The translations under genes and the position numbers were made by a program. 10,699 nucleotides of DNA from contig CAZEBC010000005.1 of NCBI GenBank assembly GCA_964510165.1, positions 29,939 to 40,637 on the forward strand. The letters run 5' to 3'. The DNA is from an uncultured bacterium. GTDB taxonomy: Bacteria > Abyssobacteria > SURF-5. Positions 1-6,253 of the stretch are shown here, in pieces (the first letter of the stretch is position 1; every line of letters begins with the position of its first letter). The notes beneath the pieces are model-generated. The model had not been told where the DNA came from, made no database searches, and saw only the letters and a list, made by a program, of their open reading frames with translations.

Positions 1-49
1 CAGGATGAGGGGCTTTTGATTGCGGCTCTGCCACACCAGGATGGTCCGC

Positions 50-880
50 TCAGATCAACCCAAGCAGCGGGTGATCCCTTAGCACGTTGAGCGCCGCGCG
101 CTCACCCGCGCGGATAGAGGCCTCTGCCTCCTCGAAATCGAACATGCTGCGGGCGGGCGTCTGCGGCTCAATCAGGATGAGCGGATACTCGTAGAACTCC
201 CGAAGCTGCAACTGCAATATCCTGCGCATCATCAATCCGCTACTCAGCAGGATCATGTCTATTATGCTTCTGGGTTCCCTGCGCTCCTTCAACTCGCTCC
301 CGATGGGAAGCCCCAGATTTACCGCGATTATGAGCGCCGCGTCGCGCCCCTGGGCCAACTGGACCGGCAGGTTCGCAAGGACGCCCCCGTCAACATAATA
401 GGAATCGCCGATTTGGAGCGGAGGGAAAATCCCCGGAAGCGCGCACGAGGAATACACCGCCTCGTGGACCGACAGCTCGTCAAGGCCTTCGCTCCCCCAA
501 AAAATCTCCTCGCCTCGGCTTAGTTCGACTGAATTGACCAGGAGCGGCTTGTCCAGCAGCTTGAAGCTGTCGATCGGAACGATTTTTTGGATGTATCGTT
601 TGAGGGCCTCGCCCTTATACAGGCTGGTGGACCGAAGAGCCTTGCGCGCCAGATACATCAGGTCCAGATCGAGGATATCCTCGCTCTTGAGCGCGAGCGC
701 CAGGCGTTCCATCTCCTCGATCGCCATCCCGCCCGCCGCCAGCGCGCAAATGAGAGAGCCCATGCTGGTTCCGATGTACTCGTGAACCGGGATGCCAAGA
801 GTCCGAATGGCTTTCAGCGCGCCGATATGCGCAAGCCCTCGAAGTCCGCCCCCGCTCAGCACAATCGTTACCTTGCCCAC
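50..880 (-). CDS. Patatin-like phospholipase / lipid acyl hydrolase (~276 aa)
   Basis: Has the patatin motifs: oxyanion GGGLRG, nucleophile G-T-S-M-G, SCALPGIFPP and catalytic DGG. The ORF track starts at TTG 895, but GTG at 880 has GGAGG (889-893) 8 nt upstream and places the first beta-strand (VTIVLSGGG) at the N-terminus, so 880 is preferred. Confidence 0.93.
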   Translation of the reverse strand: MGKVTIVLSGGGLRGLAHIGALKAIRTLGIPVHEYIGTSMGSLICALAAGGMAIEEMERLALALKSEDILDLDLMYLARKALRSTSLYKGEALKRYIQKIVPIDSFKLLDKPLLVNSVELSRGEEIFWGSEGLDELSVHEAVYSSCALPGIFPPLQIGDSYYVDGGVLANLPVQLAQGRDAALIIAVNLGLPIGSELKERREPRSIIDMILLSSGLMMRRILQLQLREFYEYPLILIEPQTPARSMFDFEEAEASIRAGERAALNVLRDHPLLGLI

Positions 881-924
881 TCTTGGCGCCTCCAAGTACG
901 GGGAAGGTGGTGTAAAGGCTTCCT

Positions 925-1716
925 CTACGTCATCATGCCCTGCAGCACGGCCATGAGGTCGTTCAACTGGGCCGCATATTCCGGCGAGCCGTCAACGGCG
1001 ACGCAGTTCTTCTCGACCGCCTCGACGAACTCGACTTCCTTCAGGAGCACCTTCATGGCGCCTTCGACTCCCCTAAACCTGAAGTGCACAAACGGGCGGC
1101 GCCGAGTGTATACCCCGCGGCCAGCCTTGGTCTGGCCAGCCTTCACGCGGAGATACGCGGCGATGCCGTTCTCTTCGTCGTACGGCTCGACGGTGAACTG
1201 GTAGATGCGGTCAGGCTGTTTCCCGGTCCATTCCCTCATGCGGCTGTCGCCGAGCTTGTTGAACACGCTTAGCGCGGTCGTGATCATGTACAGCGACATC
1301 TTCACCTTGAGGTACTGCTTGTGCGGGTCCTTCGGCTTCGCGGTGGGCATCATCAGCTTCAGGCTCATCAGCAGTTGCATCGTTTTGAGCAGAAGCCGAA
1401 AATGCCGGAGGCCCTTTATCCTCGGCAGTGTCGTTCCGCCCTTCAGCATCACGTTCATCTTTTGGACAGACGGGAAATGCAGCGTGATTTGGGGGTCCTC
1501 ACAGATTCCCTCGGTCGCGGCGAACTCGCCATTCTCGAAGTTGAGGTAACACCCGATTGTGTCCGCGCCGTTCTTGGCGGAGAACTGCACCTTCCCCTTC
1601 TCGTTTGCAAAGAGCTTCTTGAGCTTCGGATCGTCGTTGAGCGGGACCTTCATGACGGGGAAGGCAGCCCTGAAAAAGAGCCTCGCCGTCATAATGTCTT
1701 TGTCGGATGCCGCCAT
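925..1716 (-). CDS. Uncharacterised protein with two tandem SCP2 (sterol-carrier-protein-2)-like repeats (263 aa)
   Basis: ATG lies 2 nt after the upstream stop, with SD GAGGT at 1723-1727. Internal duplication is visible: VQFSA..IGCYLNFENG..EG..PQITLHF versus YQFTV..IAAYLRVKAG..RG..PFVHFRF. The C-terminus FVEAVEKNCVAVDGSPEYAAQL resembles the end of SCP2 domains. The CDS is secure; the fold call is inference. Confidence 0.7.
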   Translation of the reverse strand: MAASDKDIMTARLFFRAAFPVMKVPLNDDPKLKKLFANEKGKVQFSAKNGADTIGCYLNFENGEFAATEGICEDPQITLHFPSVQKMNVMLKGGTTLPRIKGLRHFRLLLKTMQLLMSLKLMMPTAKPKDPHKQYLKVKMSLYMITTALSVFNKLGDSRMREWTGKQPDRIYQFTVEPYDEENGIAAYLRVKAGQTKAGRGVYTRRRPFVHFRFRGVEGAMKVLLKEVEFVEAVEKNCVAVDGSPEYAAQLNDLMAVLQGMMT

Positions 1717-1718
1717 CG

Positions 1719-2735
1719 TTATACCTCGTCTTCCCAGTCTTCGTCCGCCTCGTATTCGAGCTTCATGACCTCGCGAATGGTGTCAACGATTCCGTTTGCG
1801 TCGAGCCGGTAGTAGGCGTACAGGTCTTCGGGATAGCCGACCTCGCTGTAAATGTCGGGAAGACCGAGCTTGCGGAACGCGCAGCCCTTGCCACTCTCGG
1901 CGATGACGTCGGCGACCGCACTCCCCAGCCCGCCAAGGATATTGTGGTCCTCAACCGTGATGATGCGCCGCGTGTCCATAACCGCCTTCATGATAGCGTC
2001 CTTATCGATCGGCTTGATGGTGTGCATGTTGATGACGCGAACCGACAGGCCGTCCGTCTCCTCGAGCGTTCGGGCCGCCTCAACAGACTGAAGCACCCCG
2101 ATGCCGCACGCGATGATCGTGAGGTCGCTGCCCTCACGCGCCACATGCGCCTTGCCGATCTTGAAGCCGTAATCCTCGCTTTCATAGTACGGCGGCTCGA
2201 AACCTCGGCCGATCCGGATGTACACCGGTCCGGGAATATCAATACAGGCCCTGACCGCATTGGCCGTCTCCGTCCCGTCGGCGGGAACGATGACCGTCAT
2301 GTTGGCGAAGCTTCTCATGATGGCGATGTCTTCCGTGCAATGGTGAGTCGTGCCCGCCGCTCCGAAACTGATACCCCCGTGCGTGGCGATGATCTTGACG
2401 GGCAGGTTCTGATAGCAGATGTCGGTGCGTACCTGCTCGGCGGCGCGCATGCTCGCGAACACCGCGAACGTGCTGGCGAACGGGATCAAACCCATTTTCG
2501 CCATTCCCGCGGCGAGACCCATCAGGTTCTGCTCGGCGATCCCCACATTGAAGAAGCGGTTCGGATGAGCCTTCTCGAAGAACGAGATGGCCGTTGACTT
2601 CGCCAGGTCCGCCGACAGGCCCACTATCTTGTCGTTGGTCTTGCCCATCTCGGCGAGCACGCGGCCATAGATTTCGCGAGCCGACATGGTGGCCGCGTCA
2701 TAGCATGTCCAGGTCGTTCCGGTTCCGTCGCTCAT
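1719..2735 (-). CDS. Transketolase, C-terminal subunit (pyrimidine-binding plus C-terminal domains) of a split transketolase (338 aa)
   Basis: Motifs SADLAKST, RFFNVGIAEQNL, TFAVF..RA.EQ, TH..HH.ED, GPVYIR, TIKPID and VEDH..GGLGSAVA. SD AAGGAG at 2743-2748. ATGA overlap with the upstream gene at 2732-2735. Confidence 0.95.
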   Translation of the reverse strand: MSDGTGTTWTCYDAATMSAREIYGRVLAEMGKTNDKIVGLSADLAKSTAISFFEKAHPNRFFNVGIAEQNLMGLAAGMAKMGLIPFASTFAVFASMRAAEQVRTDICYQNLPVKIIATHGGISFGAAGTTHHCTEDIAIMRSFANMTVIVPADGTETANAVRACIDIPGPVYIRIGRGFEPPYYESEDYGFKIGKAHVAREGSDLTIIACGIGVLQSVEAARTLEETDGLSVRVINMHTIKPIDKDAIMKAVMDTRRIITVEDHNILGGLGSAVADVIAESGKGCAFRKLGLPDIYSEVGYPEDLYAYYRLDANGIVDTIREVMKLEYEADEDWEDEV

Positions 2736-3592
2736 GCTGTTACTCCTTTTAGGATTCCCTCATACATCTTCTCGATGGAGGCCATAGCCTTCTCCTTCAG
2801 CGCCGCGTCCACCGAGCCGTAATGCCAGGGAACCTGGTCTTCCATGAAATCTATGCCCTTCCCCTTGACCGTCTTGGCGAGGACGACCACCGGCCTCTCC
2901 TTTGCGGCGAGCGCCTTGTCGATGCCCTCGGAGAGCGAGTCCATATCGTGGCCGTCCACCTCGACGACCTCCATTCCGAACGCCTTCAGCTTGTCGGCCA
3001 GCGGTTCGACGCCCATCACCTTCTCGGTCGGCCCATCTATCATCAGCCGGTTTCGGTCGATTATGGTGATCAGGTTGGTGAGCTTGAATTGAGCGGCAGC
3101 CATGAACGCCTCCCAGATGCTCCCCTCATTGCATTCGCCGTCGCCAACCACGCAGTACACCTTCATGCTCTTGCCGAGCACCCGCGCGCCGATCGCCATG
3201 CCGACCGCCATCGGCAGGCCGTGCCCAAGCGAGCCCGTCGAGGCGTCGCATCCGCATACCTTCTTGGAATCGGGATGCATGCCGAATGGGCTTTTGAACT
3301 TGTTGAAGGTCTTCATCTCCTCAACGGCGAAAAAGCCGCGCCTCGCGAGCACCGGCACGTACGCGACGGCGGCGTGTCCCTTGCTCAAGACGAGCCGGTC
3401 GCGGTCTTCCCAGCACGGGTCTTTCGGGTTGATGTTCAAGTACTTGAAATAGAGAATGGTGAGTATGTCAATGACGCTCAATCCTCCTCCGATGTGTGCG
3501 CCGCCGGCCCACGCGGTGACATCCACGATGTCCTTTCTCAATTGTTTGGCCAGGGCATATAATTTCTGCCGTTCTTCCTTGGTCAATGCCAT
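2732..3592 (-). CDS. Transketolase, N-terminal ThDP-binding subunit of a split transketolase (286 aa)
   Basis: Motifs AHIGG, DRDRLVLSKGHA, GMHP, STGSLGHG, ThDP motif GDGECNEG...DRN, VDGHD and TVKGKG..WH. SD-like AAAGGAG at 3600-3606. Confidence 0.95.
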   Translation of the reverse strand: MALTKEERQKLYALAKQLRKDIVDVTAWAGGAHIGGGLSVIDILTILYFKYLNINPKDPCWEDRDRLVLSKGHAAVAYVPVLARRGFFAVEEMKTFNKFKSPFGMHPDSKKVCGCDASTGSLGHGLPMAVGMAIGARVLGKSMKVYCVVGDGECNEGSIWEAFMAAAQFKLTNLITIIDRNRLMIDGPTEKVMGVEPLADKLKAFGMEVVEVDGHDMDSLSEGIDKALAAKERPVVVLAKTVKGKGIDFMEDQVPWHYGSVDAALKEKAMASIEKMYEGILKGVTA

Positions 3593-3660
3593 GCGTCCTC
3601 TCCTTTGCTTCTGAGAAACCGGATCGGGGTTGAGAAACCCGTAATATGCCTTCGTCCAAG

Positions 3661-3689
3661 AGTATACACCAATCGAGGCGAAATTCCAA
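3661..3689 (-). promoter_or_regulatory. Putative sigma-70 promoter of the transketolase operon
   Basis: Minus strand reads TTGGAA (3689-3684), 17 nt, TATACT (3666-3661). The predicted start near 3654 is about 60 nt before the ATG at 3592. Confidence 0.55.
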
Positions 3690-3695
3690 AGGCGG

Positions 3696-3712
3696 ACTTT
3701 GCATTGCTAAGT
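3696..3712. promoter_or_regulatory. Imperfect palindrome, candidate transcription-factor site
   Basis: ACTTTGCA-T-TGCTAAGT has 7 of 8 arm positions complementary. It lies just upstream of the minus-strand -35 and about 160 bp upstream of the sigma-54 start. Confidence 0.35.
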
Positions 3713-3839
3713 GTCAAGGTCATGAATTTTTGTTGGAATTTTCGAGCGGAAACTCGACGAATAGAGAACCGCCGATTACAGGACGGTCTCTCCTTCTTCT
3801 CTGCGTCTTTGAGCCTTTCTTTGTGACCTTTGCCCGCAG

Positions 3840-3856
3840 TTGGCACTGTTATTGCC
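3840..3856 (+). promoter_or_regulatory. Sigma-54 (RpoN) -24/-12 promoter for the porin gene
   Basis: tTGGCACtgttaTTGCc matches TGGCAC-N5-TTGC with exact GG-N10-GC spacing. It is intergenic and faces the 4090 gene. The predicted start is near 3867. Confidence 0.8.
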
Positions 3857-4089
3857 CATACTACCTGCCAGGAAGCTCAAGTGAATGAGCCACCAATTGG
3901 GAGACTCGACGCAAAGGCCCTGTGTAATCAGGCGATTCGAGGGCGTCGAGCATGGTTGACCCCGCCGACTATAAGCGTTGCGCTGCTCATTTCCTCAGCA
4001 AGTCTGCCGTTCTAATTGGCAGGGCCGCAGGTTCCGGGCCGAAAAGATTTATCCACGAAGGTCACTAAGCTGCACAAAGGGAGGAAATC

Positions 4090-5307
4090 ATGAGGAGAAG
4101 ATGCCTTGCTGGAGCGGTAGCTGGAATGTTGTTGTCTGTGTTGGCGGCGACGCCGGCGTTCGCCGAGGAGCAAACGACGGAGCAGCTTCTTCGTCGAATC
4201 GAACAACTGGAAAAACGGATCACCGAACTTGAAGGCGCTCCCACGACAAAGGCCCAAGCCGCGCCGGAAAGCGAGCCGCCGCTTGCCATGTTTCCCGGGG
4301 AGGTTGATGTCGGCGGGTTCGTCGAGATGTCGTACGGCTACAACTTCAACAACCCCGATGAGCAGAAGGGCGGCAATGCGCTTCGCGTCTTCGACATCGA
4401 CCACAACTCATTCACGTTCGACCTGCTGGAGATATACGCCGAAAAGCCGGCCGACGAGCCGGGCGAGGCGGGCTTCCGGGTAGACCTCAACTTCGGCCAG
4501 GTGGCCGACCTGACAGACCTCGACCCCGATTTCGGCGATGACAACGATGACTTCGATGTCCAGCAGGCGTACCTGAGTTACATGGCGAGCGTGGGCAACG
4601 GACTCAAGGTCGATTTCGGCAAGTTCGTCACGCTGCACGGCGCCGAGGTCATCGAGAGCAAGGACAACCCGAACATCTCGCGCTCGTTTCTGTTCGGGTT
4701 TGCGATCCCGTTCACGCACACCGGCCTCAGGCTCACGTATTCGTTCTCCGACAAGGTGTATTACAGCCAGTATCTGGTGAACGGTTGGGATAACGTGGTG
4801 GATAATAACGATTCGAAGACAGTGGGCGGCCAGTTGGGACTGTCGCCGACCGAACAACTCGCCCTCTATATCAACTGGATGTACGGGGCCGAGCAGGACG
4901 ACAACGAGGGCAACAAGCGTGCTCTGATAGACCTGGTCGCGAACTATCAGGCTACGGACAAACTCGCGTTCATCCTGAACTATGACTTCGCCACCGAGGA
5001 GGATGCCGCGCTCGACGAGGACGACGCCGACTGGCAGGGCATCGCCGGCATCATTGACTACGACCTGAGCGAGAAGATCGGTCTTGCGCTTCGCGGTGAA
5101 TGGTTTGACGACGACGGCGGGTCCAGGACGGGCGCCAGCCAGGACCTGTACGAGGTAACCCTTACCGGCGAGTACCGCTGGACCGACCATTTGATAACCC
5201 GGCTGGAATACCGTCACGACTGGTCGAGCAAGGACCCGTTCTTCGATGACGGCGACTTTGACGACCAGCAGGACACGGCGTTTGTGAACGCCGTGTATGA
5301 GTTCTGA
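4090..5307 (+). CDS. Outer-membrane beta-barrel porin, BBP2/DUF1597 (OmpL-like) type, with signal peptide and N-terminal coiled coil (405 aa)
   Basis: Sec signal MRRRCLAGAVAGMLLSVLAATPAFA/EE, heptad segment EQLLRRIEQLEKRITELE, family-typical GKFVT..GAEVIES..N.N.SRSFLF...PFTHTG and NGWD, alternating beta-strand patterns, and terminal Phe (VNAVYEF). SD GGAGG at 4080-4084. Confidence 0.88.
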   Translation: MRRRCLAGAVAGMLLSVLAATPAFAEEQTTEQLLRRIEQLEKRITELEGAPTTKAQAAPESEPPLAMFPGEVDVGGFVEMSYGYNFNNPDEQKGGNALRVFDIDHNSFTFDLLEIYAEKPADEPGEAGFRVDLNFGQVADLTDLDPDFGDDNDDFDVQQAYLSYMASVGNGLKVDFGKFVTLHGAEVIESKDNPNISRSFLFGFAIPFTHTGLRLTYSFSDKVYYSQYLVNGWDNVVDNNDSKTVGGQLGLSPTEQLALYINWMYGAEQDDNEGNKRALIDLVANYQATDKLAFILNYDFATEEDAALDEDDADWQGIAGIIDYDLSEKIGLALRGEWFDDDGGSRTGASQDLYEVTLTGEYRWTDHLITRLEYRHDWSSKDPFFDDGDFDDQQDTAFVNAVYEF

Positions 5308-5340
5308 GAGCATGGGGCAGGCTGCGCCGTGTCCTACGTA

Positions 5341-5399
5341 AAATCCGAAAATCCGGGGAGAGGATAGTTTCCCGTCCCCGGATTGATTTGGATTTCGGA
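5341..5399. terminator. Inverted repeat between convergent genes, probable (bidirectional) terminator
   Basis: AATCCGGGGA (5350-5359) pairs perfectly with TCCCCGGATT (5375-5384). The stem can extend by AAATCCGAA (5341-5349) with TTTGGATTT (5387-5395). The flanks are A-rich on the left and T-rich on the right. Confidence 0.7.
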
Positions 5400-5405
5400 A
5401 GCTCC

Positions 5406-6047
5406 CTAGCCGGCGTGCACTCCAAGCATGCTGTGCGCGTAGACGACCCCCTGCCCGTAGGCGCCCGCATGTTCTCTTATCACGTCGAGGACGGCGTCGT
5501 ACGTATCCTGCCGCGCCCAATCGCGCTGGAACTCAAGGAGCACTTGCAGCCACGTGACGGGGACCGCTCCCGCCTGTATGACGCGCTGCATCGCCATGTC
5601 ATGAGTCATCTCGTTGACGTCGCCACAGGCGTCGGCAACGACATAGACCTCGTAACCCGCTTCGAGCGCGGAAATGGCCGGGAACGCGACGCAGACCTCG
5701 GTCCACAGTCCCGCTATTATGAGTTTCTTGCGGCCGATCTTTTTGACCTCTGCCACAAACTTGTCGTCCTCCCATGCGTTCATGTTGCTCCGATCTATCG
5801 GTTTCTTGTCGGGAAAGACTCCCTGAAGCTGCGGAAGAATCGGTCCGCTGAAGCTTTCGGCCGCTATCGTTGTCAGAACGGTGGGCACCTTGAAAATCCT
5901 CGCCGCCTTGGCAAGGCCTACCACATTATTGATCAGTATTTGTCTGTCTATGGACTGAACGCCGAAGAACATCTGCGGCTGGTGATCGACGAAAAGCATC
6001 GCGGAGTTGTCCGGCGTCAATAACCCTCGTACTTTCTGGTTAAACAT
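5406..6047 (-). CDS. ycaC: YcaC-like cysteine hydrolase, isochorismatase superfamily (~213 aa)
   Basis: Motifs LLTPDNSAMLFVDHQPQM, IDRSNMNAWED, GLWTEVCVAFPA (catalytic Cys) and LLEFQRDWAR are typical of YcaC. ATG 6047 has AAGGAGG (6056-6062) 8 nt upstream and is preferred over 6065. Confidence 0.9.
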   Translation of the reverse strand: MFNQKVRGLLTPDNSAMLFVDHQPQMFFGVQSIDRQILINNVVGLAKAARIFKVPTVLTTIAAESFSGPILPQLQGVFPDKKPIDRSNMNAWEDDKFVAEVKKIGRKKLIIAGLWTEVCVAFPAISALEAGYEVYVVADACGDVNEMTHDMAMQRVIQAGAVPVTWLQVLLEFQRDWARQDTYDAVLDVIREHAGAYGQGVVYAHSMLGVHAG

Positions 6048-6118
6048 GTAATGTTCCTCCTTCATCCTACTATCTTTACAAGTATGTCACGCGGGCATGC
6101 GGCCGGCTTAGCTGCGAC

Positions 6119-6148
6119 TTGAAGATATGTGCTCATAAGCTGTATAGT
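6119..6148 (+). promoter_or_regulatory. Putative sigma-70 promoter for the CocE/NonD hydrolase (and probably the SDR)
   Basis: TTGAAG (6119-6124), 18 nt, TATAGT (6143-6148). The predicted start is near 6155. Confidence 0.5.
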
Positions 6149-6156
6149 CATGGCGC

Positions 6157-6175
6157 AATCAAGCGATTCTTGATT
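6157..6175. promoter_or_regulatory. Perfect dyad AATCAAG-N5-CTTGATT, candidate operator
   Basis: A 7-bp perfect inverted repeat lies immediately downstream of the predicted +1. Its core recurs at 8151-8164. Confidence 0.55.
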
Positions 6176-6253
6176 CCGAGGAGACTCACAACAGGACTGC
6201 GGACGGATAGTCGCGAAAGTGTTCGAGCCGACCGAGCAGGAGAACGCCCAACA

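Noticed and set aside
1-49. Sequence beyond the patatin stop at the window edge
   Set aside because: Too short to tell whether the operon continues or another gene converges.
3630-3643. 14-mer TTGAGAAACCCGTA repeated at 8891-8904
   Set aside because: The second copy is inside the SDR coding sequence (LRNPY). One 14-mer match in about 10 kb is compatible with chance.
3611-3650. TPP-riboswitch-like CTGAGA/TGAGAAACCCGT near ThDP-enzyme genes
   Set aside because: It is on the wrong strand for the transketolase transcript and lacks the CCTGATC..TAATGCC..GTAGGGA half.
3763-3800. Hairpin AGAG-A-ACCG..CGGT-CTCT followed by a pyrimidine tract
   Set aside because: The stem is weak and bulged, there is no true U-run, and no plus-strand transcript upstream needs terminating.
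3908-3980. Fragments resembling c-di-GMP-I (GACGCAAAG), ANTAR (CAAAGGC) and c-di-AMP (TAAGCGTT) RNA motifs in the porin leader
   Set aside because: The other conserved elements are missing: no GCAAAC..GAAA hairpin, no closing stem around the hexaloop, and no GCGGGGGA or GCTAAC.
3583-4015. Short ORFs in the divergent intergenic region (3583-3846, 3605-3826, 3646-3888, 3830-4015)
   Set aside because: They run across the predicted promoters, have no convincing RBS and do not look like real proteins.
4408-5520. Long antisense ORFs (4408-5520, 1707-2597, 2822-3562, 5388-6023, 6815-7693, 9022-10029, 587-1204 and others)
   Set aside because: They overlap well-supported genes on the opposite strand and have no recognisable motifs. 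They are the expected shadow ORFs of high-GC codon usage.
6064-6090. Minus-strand GTGACA..TAGGAT promoter-like pair upstream of the ycaC-like gene
   Set aside because: The spacer is only 15 nt and the implied start would fall inside the SD sequence.
6119-6253. 45-aa N-terminal extension of the CocE ORF from TTG 6119
   Set aside because: The TTG coincides with the predicted -35 box. ATG 6254 has an SD and starts the signal-like peptide.
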